24,122 bases of DNA from a virus (IMGVR_UViG_3300017913_000603:1-24122); one strand, 5' to 3'; positions 1-8,590 are shown, counted from the first letter of the stretch. Translations and numbers: made by a program. The notes: generated from the letters alone by a model not told the origin.

Positions 1-444
1 ACCCATAATAAAGCGACGAATTGGATTCGTGCTTGAATCATCCGCGATTGGATTTTCACGGACAAAACCCTGCATGATGTAACTGCGTTTTTTCCAATAC
101 TTGCGACCCATGTCTTCAAGACTTGGATCTTTAAACCAAGTACGAACTTCTGCAAGGATAGGACAACTGTCTCCCCACATTTCTACACAAGGTACTTGTA
201 CCTGAACTTGCTTGGAGTTCATGTCGCCTTTTACACCATTGAATGGCAAACGAATCATTGCTCGTTCTACCCAAAAGAATGTGTTGTTAGTATCTGCATC
301 TGGAAGGAAGCGTACAGTTGCGTGATCGCCTTCGTTCATATTCCAGTGTGCGTAAATGGCGTTGTCGCCGCCTGTTGAACCGGTGTTACCACCCTTGTTT
401 TCTTGTGCCTGTAGTCGGGCACGGATTTCTGCTAATGATGCCAT
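1..444 (-). CDS. 32: Single-stranded DNA-binding protein, T4 gp32-like (5' part; runs off the window edge)
   Basis: Absent from the ORF track. Manual translation from ATG 444 gives MASLAEIRARLQAQENKGG...GGDNAIYAHWNM...ATVRFLPDA...FFWVER...PCVEMWGDSCPILAEVRTWFKD...GRKYWKKRSY, open to base 1. RFLP, C..CP and K(R)SY motifs are typical of gp32. SD AAGGA upstream. Confidence 0.9.
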   Translation of the reverse strand, partial: MASLAEIRARLQAQENKGGNTGSTGGDNAIYAHWNMNEGDHATVRFLPDADTNNTFFWVERAMIRLPFNGVKGDMNSKQVQVQVPCVEMWGDSCPILAEVRTWFKDPSLEDMGRKYWKKRSYIMQGFVRENPIADDSSTNPIRRFIMG

Positions 445-506
445 GTTGTTTTCCTTTAATTGCCATGTTTGCCTAGTAATTTGCCTAAATGCATATACTT
501 GATATA

Positions 507-535
507 AGTGTACACAATGTTATTTAGTATGTCAA
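507..535 (-). promoter_or_regulatory. Sigma70-type promoter for gp32 with a nested late promoter
   Basis: TTGACA (535-530), 17 nt spacer, TACACT (512-507). CTAAATA (527-521) lies in the spacer. Confidence 0.75.
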
Positions 536-550
536 ATAATTTTGGTTAAA

Positions 551-1423
551 TTATGTTCTAGATATTGCTTGAACTTTTTGCTGTATGTTGTCAGGAATGC
601 TAAGATTAAACTTTTCAAACCACCCAGAATCAATGTCTCGGTCTGTTCCAAAGAATGTCCAAAACTTTGCTTGGTTTTCAACATCAGCGTCTATTCTCAA
701 AGGCCAAAATTCTAGCCCTATATCTTCACCAAGTATGTTAGCACGGTATACTTCTATTAGATCCCACTCGGTCATGCTTAAACTTTCTGCTGTTGGGCCA
801 AATCCTAAGATTCGTTCTTCTCGCATTAGTTGTGCATGAACTAAATTGAAATCGTTAACATGTATTTTACTAACGTATTCACGTAAACGCAACAAGTGAT
901 TTTTCCAAACCCATCGAAAAGGTGCATGATGTGTAAAAATAAGTCTACCGTTCACTTCAATTGTGATGTTAGGAGTTTTCAGTATATGTTCTAAGTAACT
1001 GCGATTTTGTGCGTGTATCATTTTGTTTCGATCAGGAACAAAGTTAAAAGGAGTAGTACCCAGTGGTAATAGTTCTTTGATGAATACATCACCGTCAGTG
1101 ACATACCACAATTCACCAGGTAAAAAACGATCGAGATTTAGTTTGACCATCTGTTGTCTTAACCATCCATCCCAGATTTGAGGAAACTGAAACTCACTAA
1201 ACCGCACATAGCGCAGTTGTAGATCAGGAAATGTATCCACGTAGTACTGTTTGATATCTTCTAGATAATCTCCGTCCCAGTTTTCCCACTGTTCGCCTAG
1301 GTCGTCGACAAAAAAATAAACAGGAACTTGCCATTCAGTAAGTTCTTTTAGATTTTTTAACGTGAGTGCTGTAGTAATGCAGTGGCCCGGGTAGGTAACC
1401 ACTGCAACTGCATCTGGATTCAT
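551..1423 (-). CDS. Putative GT-A-fold glycosyltransferase-like protein (DUF6492-like)
   Basis: 290 aa with GWLRQQMVKL followed by a DxD motif (VTDGDVF). ATGA overlap with the upstream gene. Confidence 0.55.
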   Translation of the reverse strand: MNPDAVAVVTYPGHCITTALTLKNLKELTEWQVPVYFFVDDLGEQWENWDGDYLEDIKQYYVDTFPDLQLRYVRFSEFQFPQIWDGWLRQQMVKLNLDRFLPGELWYVTDGDVFIKELLPLGTTPFNFVPDRNKMIHAQNRSYLEHILKTPNITIEVNGRLIFTHHAPFRWVWKNHLLRLREYVSKIHVNDFNLVHAQLMREERILGFGPTAESLSMTEWDLIEVYRANILGEDIGLEFWPLRIDADVENQAKFWTFFGTDRDIDSGWFEKFNLSIPDNIQQKVQAISRT

Positions 1424-2871
1424 TTGAGTAGTTTGATCAATCTCTGGAGATCATCTTCCAGCATTGGATCACGTTCTGCTTTAAGAACACGTTCTCCGGT
1501 ATCTATATCTGTAGTTTCATCAACTTCTTCATCTTTTTCAATTGCTCGTGCAATTTCATGTGCTTTTGTAATAGTTGACTTCTTAAGAGGTGGTTTATCA
1601 CCTTTCATTTTCATCGCTGTAGACATGCCAATAGCGTAAGGACTTTGAGCATCTTCGCCTAAACTGACACCCAGTCTTTCCATTGCTGATTGTATAACAG
1701 GACGAGCATCTGCATCTGGATTTTCTTGAGCAAGCTCTTGCAAGTCATCAAAAAGTTGATCGTCGTCGCCTAACAAACTGCCTAATGCACTTAGTGCATT
1801 GCTTGCATCTGCTCCAACTGGCAATTCTTCACTCATTAACTGAGATAGATCAGCTAAATCTTCGGGTGTATTTGCAACTGCACCTGTACCTTCGATTACA
1901 CTGTCAGCCCACAATTCAAATTCATTAAGTTCTTTCATATCAGTTTCCTGTATTTTTGCAAGGATAGGCAATGCTTCTTCAATTCTTTCATCTAAACTTT
2001 GTTGTATAAAGATATCACGAACAGCATCTACTGTTTGTTCTGTTTCTGTGATTGCAAAAGGATCGAAATTTTCAAGTTCTTCTTTATAACCTTTACGGCT
2101 TACCATACGTTTGGCTTTGCGCTTGAGATCTTGGTAATGCTTCACTGCTAATTCAGTAATTGAACCAGCGTCCTCACCTAGTGATTTATTTCTAGTAGCT
2201 CTTGTAAATCTTTGCAGTGTTGCTATTTCGCTTATAGTGTTTGATATGTATTCACCGAATGCATCATAAGGTTTTCCGCCCTCGGCAATGTGTCTAGCCA
2301 TTGCTTTACCGCCTGTCAAATTTTTAAACGGTAGTTTGAAACGCTCTCCTTCGGCAGTTTCAACAAACAAACTTTCAATATTTCTAAAACGTTGATCGCC
2401 TTCGCCTATTTTTTTGCTGTGCTTGATTACTAATTTGGTTTCCATTGGTTGATCGCTATAGCTGGTTTTCTTTGTGCCGTAATAGCCTTCAAGCAGTTTA
2501 CTTTCATTAATTGATGCCATTGATTGCATGCTGTACTTTAAACGATTAAGATTTTTTAATCCAAAAGTTCTAAGATTACGTTTAGCAATATTTCTCAATA
2601 ATTGCAAGAAGTCATACCAACCTTCTTTGTCGTCGCTGTCCATGGTTTGCCCCAGGTTGTCGCCGAAGTATACTTCAAGATTGCTGTCAGTATCTAATAG
2701 TATTACAGCAGTACCGTAATTCTTGTTTTCAGTTTTGTATTCAAAACTAAACATTTCAGCTGAGTCTGTGCGCTCAGCCGGCTTACCTTGTGAATCAAGT
2801 GCCTCTGGTTCCAGGTCTCTACTAACCAAAGTGTCGAAAATTTGTTGTGATATTGTGTTTGCGTTTGCCAT
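1420..2871 (-). CDS. Hypothetical phage protein, probably virion/head-associated, with an acidic C-terminal third
   Basis: 483 aa ORF directly after terL with its own late promoter. Several [IL]xE sites (INE, LLE, IQE, VIE). Confidence 0.6.
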   Translation of the reverse strand: MANANTISQQIFDTLVSRDLEPEALDSQGKPAERTDSAEMFSFEYKTENKNYGTAVILLDTDSNLEVYFGDNLGQTMDSDDKEGWYDFLQLLRNIAKRNLRTFGLKNLNRLKYSMQSMASINESKLLEGYYGTKKTSYSDQPMETKLVIKHSKKIGEGDQRFRNIESLFVETAEGERFKLPFKNLTGGKAMARHIAEGGKPYDAFGEYISNTISEIATLQRFTRATRNKSLGEDAGSITELAVKHYQDLKRKAKRMVSRKGYKEELENFDPFAITETEQTVDAVRDIFIQQSLDERIEEALPILAKIQETDMKELNEFELWADSVIEGTGAVANTPEDLADLSQLMSEELPVGADASNALSALGSLLGDDDQLFDDLQELAQENPDADARPVIQSAMERLGVSLGEDAQSPYAIGMSTAMKMKGDKPPLKKSTITKAHEIARAIEKDEEVDETTDIDTGERVLKAERDPMLEDDLQRLIKLLK

Positions 2872-2876
2872 ATTCT

Positions 2877-2884
2877 TATTTATC
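2877..2884 (-). promoter_or_regulatory. Late promoter GATAAATA
   Basis: T4-like TATAAATA variant, 5 nt before ATG 2871, overlapping the terL stop codon. Confidence 0.75.
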
Positions 2885-4455
2885 TAAAATAGTGCAACAA
2901 ATGGCATAGGCTCGATGTTTTCATCTGCAAAATCTGCCATTTGACTATCTAGTTCTTGATGATAACTTTGTAATACCTGTAACATACGGATGCTCAGGAT
3001 TGTACTCATAACCAAATCATCTGTTTCACCAGGCTTGGCAGCATAGCTAGTGCCACTTGCTACGAAGTTTTTCAGTTCACTTACTAGACTTTTACTGTTT
3101 ATTGTCATTTTATTTGTTTCAACCAAAGTTTTAAGTTTAGCACATGCTGATATTTTACTTTTATTGGTTGTATTAAATCCTTTCCTGTAACGTCTGCCCC
3201 CTGTGCTTGTTGTAGTACTGTCGCTTAAAAAGTATCCAGATATGTTTTCTTCTCCATATTGTTCTATGGTAAGCAAGGCTGCCTCTCCTAGTGTGTTGTT
3301 TTCTACACTGTAGTAAACAGATTGGGGATCTTGAGTCACATCGTTAATTGTTTTGACTATGTCAACTAATATTCGTATCTGTTCAGGAATAGGAGTTTTA
3401 TTGTGTTTCCATTCGGCTATTTGTGTAGTTGTATTTGCTTCAAATACTTGTATTGCAGCTGGATCTCCGCCAGTTCCTAGGCTAGGATCAAGACTTACCA
3501 CATAGATTTTTCCACGTTGCGGTTCTTTATACCATCGGACTTGTCCAGTTTTACGAATTGGGTCAATACCCTCTAAATCCATTAACTTTGCAGGGGCTAT
3601 AAGTGTTTCTTCGGCAATAATAAATTCGCAATCCATTTCTCTTCGGAATCTATCCTCACCTAATGCCGCACGTTGTTCAGCAGCCCACTCCTCATCTCTG
3701 TCTGGGTGCTCATTCCAGTATGCTCTGTATGCTCTAAAACCATTTATGCCTACTTCTGTTTCATTGCCGTGTGCATCTTCACGTTTGTTAGCACCCTTCC
3801 ATAAGAAAGCAAACTGATCTTCGTCACTGTTCGGTGTACTGGTAATAATAGCACCACCGCCAGTTGCCAGTGTAGGGCTTATAGAAGTCCAAAATTCTTT
3901 GGCAATAGTAGGTCGCACAAACGCAAATTCGTCTGCGTACAACAACGAGATACTCATACCTCGTCCAGTATTTTCAGTTGTGGTTTGTGCAACTATTCGA
4001 CTGCCGTTATCAAATTCTAAACTACCTTTGTTATAACTGGTAACACCTGCACGAATATGATCTGGGCAACTCTCGTAAGCATATCTTACTCGTTGCATGA
4101 TTTCCTGTGCGCCCGCATACTTGTGTGCTGCTACTAGCACTGTACTGTCTGGTTTAAACATAGCATACCATAGTAAATAACCAGCAGCACTGGTACTCTT
4201 ACCGGTTTGTCGTGGCATCATACTAATACTAAATCTATAGTTATGGTAAGTGTTGATAAGTTTTTCTTGGTACTCATACGGCTTGTATAGCATACGTCCT
4301 TTCATTGGATGCTGAATATAGAAAAAGTTACTCATGAAATAAAACGGTCCATTCTCAGGATCAGCACACTTCATGAACTCATCAAGTTGTTCTGCTGTAT
4401 AACTTTCTTTTTTGTACGCCTGTTTTACCAGTACGCCTTCGAGGCTTTTTGACAT
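2884..4455 (-). CDS. terL: Terminase large subunit, T4 gp17-like
   Basis: Walker A MPRQTGKS, Walker B LLYADEFAF, coupling motif TST, nuclease residues DPSLG and DDLVMS. Start moved to ATG 4455 (MSKSLEG), which follows a TAAGTA promoter. Confidence 0.97.
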   Translation of the reverse strand: MSKSLEGVLVKQAYKKESYTAEQLDEFMKCADPENGPFYFMSNFFYIQHPMKGRMLYKPYEYQEKLINTYHNYRFSISMMPRQTGKSTSAAGYLLWYAMFKPDSTVLVAAHKYAGAQEIMQRVRYAYESCPDHIRAGVTSYNKGSLEFDNGSRIVAQTTTENTGRGMSISLLYADEFAFVRPTIAKEFWTSISPTLATGGGAIITSTPNSDEDQFAFLWKGANKREDAHGNETEVGINGFRAYRAYWNEHPDRDEEWAAEQRAALGEDRFRREMDCEFIIAEETLIAPAKLMDLEGIDPIRKTGQVRWYKEPQRGKIYVVSLDPSLGTGGDPAAIQVFEANTTTQIAEWKHNKTPIPEQIRILVDIVKTINDVTQDPQSVYYSVENNTLGEAALLTIEQYGEENISGYFLSDSTTTSTGGRRYRKGFNTTNKSKISACAKLKTLVETNKMTINSKSLVSELKNFVASGTSYAAKPGETDDLVMSTILSIRMLQVLQSYHQELDSQMADFADENIEPMPFVALF

Positions 4456-4460
4456 ACAAA

Positions 4461-4491
4461 TACTTATCTTAAATCCGTGACACGGTAAATA
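4461..4491. promoter_or_regulatory. Divergent late promoters: TAAGTA (-, terL) and TAAATA (+, HNH)
   Basis: TAAGTA at 4466-4461 on the minus strand; TAAATA at 4486-4491 on the plus strand. Confidence 0.7.
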
Positions 4492-4498
4492 CTTGTGT

Positions 4499-5029
4499 AT
4501 GAGCACTCTTGTACTAGGTTCAGATTATCAACCGGTAAACTTCTTACCGTTGAGCACAATAGGTTGGGAAACAGCCGTTAAACTCCACTTTCTTGATAAA
4601 GTTAACGTAATAGAATGGTACAAAGATTGGACTATCCACAGTGCCAGAATGGAGATGCAAGTGCCTGCTGTAGTTGTGATTAAAAACAACTTTAAAAGGC
4701 GGCGGCTTGGCCCAATGAAATTTAGCAAATATAATCTTTACCTCCGAGACCTTTACACCTGCCAATACTGCCTAGAAACATTTTCAACCAAAGACCTAAC
4801 CATAGACCATGTAGTGCCAATAAGTCGTGGCGGAAAAACGTCATGGGATAACTGTGTAGCTGCCTGTAATAGCTGTAACAGCAAGAAAGGCAGTAAACTG
4901 TGGACTCCTGCTCAAAAACCCGTCCACCCAGATTACTGGAAATTGGTTAATCATGTAAAGAAAACCATTAACACAGTATACCATCCAAGTTGGGAAAACT
5001 ACTTAGGGATTCAGCTTAAATCAGCATAA
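4499..5029 (+). CDS. HNH endonuclease (McrA/HNH_5-like)
   Basis: RDLYTCQYC...TIDHVVPISRGGKTSWDNCVAACNSCNSKKG. Start taken as ATG 4499 because the TTG at 4493 abuts the promoter. Confidence 0.92.
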   Translation: MSTLVLGSDYQPVNFLPLSTIGWETAVKLHFLDKVNVIEWYKDWTIHSARMEMQVPAVVVIKNNFKRRRLGPMKFSKYNLYLRDLYTCQYCLETFSTKDLTIDHVVPISRGGKTSWDNCVAACNSCNSKKGSKLWTPAQKPVHPDYWKLVNHVKKTINTVYHPSWENYLGIQLKSA

Positions 5030-6140
5030 ACAATTCAGGCCATAGTTGAGCAAACTTGCCTTTTTGGTCTTTGTGATAGATATTTTCAATATCCTCAATG
5101 TGTTGCCAGAAATCCTGTCTAACATCACTGTCAGTAGCAATAGCACTTAAACTGGGTTTAACATGATCAAAGAATGGTTCGCTGCCGTATTCTTGTTCAT
5201 ATAGTTCAATTTCTTTAAGTGCTATATCTCTAACATACTGATTGTGTCGTGTAGGATCTAAATATTCCGGCTGATATAATGTTTGCCAAACTATATTGAG
5301 TCCTTTAATATCAGCGTATTCACGCAGTTCTCTTAATCTTGTGCAATTATAAATGTTATAAACTGCATGTATACCACCGTGATGACCGTTATGCATTATT
5401 TGCCCGATAATACGATTTACATTCCTTTTAAGCAACTCCCAACTAGCACCATGTCTTACATATTCAAAACGCTCGCCTACATTGTCAAAACTAAGACTCC
5501 ATCCCACATTACTCCGGCATGTTAAGTAAGTGAACACCAGACTTTTATCCAAATTCACTGTGGCATTTGTAATAACAGTGATTAGAGTATCATCATGTAG
5601 TACACCCAACAGTTCTACATTTTCTTGTAACAACAAAGGTTCGCCGCCTACTAGGGCTACTTCTCGAACTTTGTGTGCATACTGCTTGACATATTCTACA
5701 ACATGGTAGTGATAAGGCTTAACACCGTTGTCTACAAAATCTTTTTTAAGGCTAGCCCACTTGCTGCTACAATAAGGACCACAATAATTACAACTTAGAT
5801 TGCAGGTTGTATTCCACCGAACATCGATAAGAGTAGGTATGTGATCTTTTGGGCCTGCACGTTTAGGATCAAACTCAGGGTTGACGTTATTATGCCAATC
5901 ACGCTCACTGCTACCGTTGCGTTCTGCTTGTATACAGTTATAGCAGTATTCAGGATGCAACACACCGTTGCTTATACTGTTGCGTATTTCTTGCATCTTG
6001 TCGCTGTGAATTATGTCGTCGAGAAATCCACTGTTTAGGTCGCCTAGAATATTCGGATCGCCAGCACAGCATGTTTTTACATCGCCACGAAAGTTTATAT
6101 GCAATCCACGCCAGGGTGCAGCACAGTATTTCTTTTCCAT
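5016..6140 (-). CDS. Radical SAM protein with an N-terminal twitch/SPASM-like Cys cluster
   Basis: CNLSCNYC (CxxxCxxC), GGEP and TNAT motifs; N-terminal CAAPW...GDVKTCC...CYNC. Start moved to ATG 6140. Confidence 0.92.
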   Translation of the reverse strand: MEKKYCAAPWRGLHINFRGDVKTCCAGDPNILGDLNSGFLDDIIHSDKMQEIRNSISNGVLHPEYCYNCIQAERNGSSERDWHNNVNPEFDPKRAGPKDHIPTLIDVRWNTTCNLSCNYCGPYCSSKWASLKKDFVDNGVKPYHYHVVEYVKQYAHKVREVALVGGEPLLLQENVELLGVLHDDTLITVITNATVNLDKSLVFTYLTCRSNVGWSLSFDNVGERFEYVRHGASWELLKRNVNRIIGQIMHNGHHGGIHAVYNIYNCTRLRELREYADIKGLNIVWQTLYQPEYLDPTRHNQYVRDIALKEIELYEQEYGSEPFFDHVKPSLSAIATDSDVRQDFWQHIEDIENIYHKDQKGKFAQLWPELFMLI

Positions 6141-6144
6141 GTGG

Positions 6145-6348
6145 TTATTTAACGGGTTTCTCTCCAGTGAGGTGAGGTTTTGCAAACCATAAGCGAAACC
6201 AATCATCGGTGCCTGGTTCTATTTTGTGTTTACGTTGTAGTTTGGCTTTCTCTGTACCAGTTATACTGATGTTTTCTAGTTTATACTCTGTTTGTCCAGT
6301 ATAACGATTTGTTATGCCCGAAAGTGTTTTAAGTTCTTCTATGTCCAT
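6145..6348 (-). CDS. Small hypothetical phage protein (67 aa)
   Basis: SD-like AGGT upstream; fits the operon; LKTLSGI and IEPGTDDWFRLWF motifs. Confidence 0.75.
   Translation of the reverse strand: MDIEELKTLSGITNRYTGQTEYKLENISITGTEKAKLQRKHKIEPGTDDWFRLWFAKPHLTGEKPVK
6146..6151 (-). promoter_or_regulatory. Late promoter TAAATA
   Basis: 5 nt before ATG 6140, overlapping the stop codon of the upstream gene. Confidence 0.72.
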
Positions 6349-6475
6349 TTCGTTTACCTGGTTTGTTTTTGTTTGCTAATTGTTGCCGGACAGTAGGATC
6401 CTGGCGAGAATCCACTGTCGGTTGTTTAGGTTTCGGTGCTGGCTCTAGTGAACCAAAACGTATTCCAGTTATCAC
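6329..6475 (-). CDS. Small basic ORF, 48 aa (below the ORF-track cutoff)
   Basis: GTG start in a GTGA overlap with the thermonuclease stop, preceded by GGAAGG. Translates as MITGIRFGSLEPAPKPKQPTVDSRQDPTVRQQLANKNKPGKRNGHRRT and fills the gap between genes. Confidence 0.5.
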   Translation of the reverse strand: MITGIRFGSLEPAPKPKQPTVDSRQDPTVRQQLANKNKPGKRNGHRRT

Positions 6476-6957
6476 TTTTTGCCTTCCATTAGTTTAACGG
6501 CTTTGTCATAATCTTCTCGACTCACTACGCCTTCTTGTAGTAGACGCTCGCGATTAACAGCATGTTGTGCTTGTGTAGCTTCTTTGCTACCACCAAAATA
6601 AGGAACACAGTGTCCTTCAGATATCATGATGTCAGTGACTGTGCGATCTTCGCCGTTGTAGTTTACCTTAAAGTCGCCTAGTATACGTCCAAACTTGCCT
6701 TTCATATCTTCACCGTGCTTGTCTTCTGTAGTGATCAGTTTGCCGCCATCTTTCATTAGTTCTTTAAGTCTTGCTTTTGCTGCTTCGCCGAACAGGTCTT
6801 CTACTCGGTCTGACGTTCTTGATTCTGGTGTATCAATGCCCATGATTCTCACACGCTCGTCCTTTAGGCAAATGCCAAATCCTAGATCAATGTCTACGTC
6901 TACTGTGTCGCCGTCCACAACTTTGACCACATGAACGTCATATTCGTTCTGATTCAT
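6472..6957 (-). CDS. Thermonuclease (SNase family)
   Basis: VVDGDTVDVDIDLGF, RVRIMGIDTPESRT and GKFGRILG motifs. SD AAGGAG. Confidence 0.93.
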   Translation of the reverse strand: MNQNEYDVHVVKVVDGDTVDVDIDLGFGICLKDERVRIMGIDTPESRTSDRVEDLFGEAAKARLKELMKDGGKLITTEDKHGEDMKGKFGRILGDFKVNYNGEDRTVTDIMISEGHCVPYFGGSKEATQAQHAVNRERLLQEGVVSREDYDKAVKLMEGKK

Positions 6958-6993
6958 ACTAGCTCCTTGTTTTTTATTGTAGTATTATAGGAG

Positions 6994-6999
6994 TATTTA
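6994..6999 (-). promoter_or_regulatory. Late promoter TAAATA
   Basis: CATAAATA in the intergenic region upstream of the thermonuclease. Confidence 0.7.
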
Positions 7000-7011
7000 T
7001 GTGTTAACAGT

Positions 7012-7275
7012 TTAAGTCCAAGGACGACCGTCTACTAATGGCGGTGTTGTTGTAACAGGCGTGCCTGTATTACTACTTGCGTTGTATCTAGAGGGGAGGA
7101 GAGACGCATCCAGTGTGTTTGCTGTTCTATAACTTGTAGCAGTTGGATCTACTGATCCACTAATAGTTCCATCATCTGCTACTGTTTTACCTTGACGGCT
7201 AGCTTCTGCTATTTCTAACTTTCTGTCTTGTCTATCTCTTTTAAGTGTTTCGTGAGATATTCCATTAGCACTCAT
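7012..7275 (-). CDS. Hypothetical late protein (87 aa)
   Basis: SD AAGGAG and its own late promoter; ends in GRPWT. Confidence 0.75.
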   Translation of the reverse strand: MSANGISHETLKRDRQDRKLEIAEASRQGKTVADDGTISGSVDPTATSYRTANTLDASLLPSRYNASSNTGTPVTTTPPLVDGRPWT

Positions 7276-7296
7276 TCTAGCTCCTTGTTATAAAAG

Positions 7297-7302
7297 TATT
7301 TA
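7297..7302 (-). promoter_or_regulatory. Late promoter TAAATA
   Basis: GATAAATA, intergenic. Confidence 0.72.
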
Positions 7303-7306
7303 TCGA

Positions 7307-8584
7307 TTAAAGTTGTATTTGACTTACAGCAACAATTATGCTTGGCGAACTTGGTGAGAATGATGTTGCTGCACTGGCTGTAAACTGCATGTCAGTGTCG
7401 TCGGCGGCATATTTTATTTCTATATAATCGCTAGCATCCAAACTGATAGTGTAGCTAGGGCTCATTATTCCAACTGCACTGGTTCCACGCAGACTAAGTC
7501 TTCTTGTGGTGCCAGCTTCATTAGTACCGTTTTTGGCTACCCAAAGAAACATGGTTCCTTGATCTAAACTGCCACTGCTTTCTTCAACTTCAGCATTGAT
7601 GTCAATTTGATAATATCCACTTTGATTCACGTTGATTCGGGTATTTCCGTTACTGAGTGTCACACCATTGGTAATAACTGTGGTATCAAAACTGGCAGTA
7701 TATGCTGTGTTAGCAACGGCTACTTCAAGATTACCGCTTTCGTTAAATGTACCATAGCTTTCTTGCGGTAGTATTGTAGGGCGGACAAATATTTCGCCTG
7801 CATCCGAGCTGTTGTTCAAGACTGCTGCCATGCTCACTACAGCATTAGGTGCAGTAGGTTTAGTGTTGGAAAATCCGCCGGTGCTAGCAGGATCAGCATA
7901 CAATATGTCTCCCACTGTAAAAGAACTCATGTTTAATCCGCGAGCTTTCCCCCAAACAGTGACACGCCCGTCGTCGCCGTCATCAATATCTTCGGTGGTA
8001 ACACCCACTGCATACAGTGTAGGTGTAGAACCGTTTGCATTGAAAGGAGAGATCTCTACTCTTGCCTGGCCGTTCTGTTCTGCGCCAGCAAAGCCAACCA
8101 CAGTACCATCAGATATGGTATTGCCTGTGTTGTTGCGAGCGTACATGTATAGCTCTTGTCCTATCTGCTGCACAACACCGTTTGGATGAGCAAGATTCAA
8201 GGTTTGATCATCTGTATTCCAGCATAGGTGTCCGGGAGTGCTAGGACTAGCATTTGATGTGGTATCAAATGTTATTAATTCAACATTTTTCACAGAACCT
8301 GTGGTACTGAATTCAACATTGCCAGTGGGATTAACATTTCCAGCGTCAATGTTGCCAGTGGTAACAATTGTGTTGCTACCAAAATTGTTTGCTAGCAGTG
8401 TTACAACATTTGCATCACCGTAAGTCCCGGCGCCACTGGTGATAGCTATACCGCCTGCAGTGCTTCCGTCACTGACGTAGATAGTGTTATTATCAATGTT
8501 AAACCAGAGTCTACCGTCTTGCCCGACGTAGGTGTTAGCATTTACATTATTATCTCGGCTGGTAAAAAAGTTTTGGATCGCCAT
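7307..8584 (-). CDS. Fibre/spike or decoration-type structural protein with an Mtd_N/hyaluronidase-N-like start and a C1q/BclA-like C-terminus
   Basis: GRLWFNIDNNTIYVSDGSTAGG near the N-terminus; N/T/G/S-rich; C-terminal beta-sandwich pattern (QSGYYQID...LDASDYIEI). Confidence 0.6.
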   Translation of the reverse strand: MAIQNFFTSRDNNVNANTYVGQDGRLWFNIDNNTIYVSDGSTAGGIAITSGAGTYGDANVVTLLANNFGSNTIVTTGNIDAGNVNPTGNVEFSTTGSVKNVELITFDTTSNASPSTPGHLCWNTDDQTLNLAHPNGVVQQIGQELYMYARNNTGNTISDGTVVGFAGAEQNGQARVEISPFNANGSTPTLYAVGVTTEDIDDGDDGRVTVWGKARGLNMSSFTVGDILYADPASTGGFSNTKPTAPNAVVSMAAVLNNSSDAGEIFVRPTILPQESYGTFNESGNLEVAVANTAYTASFDTTVITNGVTLSNGNTRINVNQSGYYQIDINAEVEESSGSLDQGTMFLWVAKNGTNEAGTTRRLSLRGTSAVGIMSPSYTISLDASDYIEIKYAADDTDMQFTASAATSFSPSSPSIIVAVSQIQL

Positions 8585-8590
8585 GATTTA

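Noticed and set aside
196-378. 60-aa plus-strand ORF
   Set aside because: Antisense to the gp32 gene, which the ORF track missed because it is truncated.
2884-4455. Intein or intron in terL
   Set aside because: Normal length (523 aa), contiguous motifs and no splicing signatures.
4456-4506. Longer terL N-terminus (likewise 6141-6206 for the radical SAM gene and 23968-23988 for the early gene)
   Set aside because: The extensions overlap promoters or neighbouring genes; the downstream ATGs fit the promoter or SD spacing.
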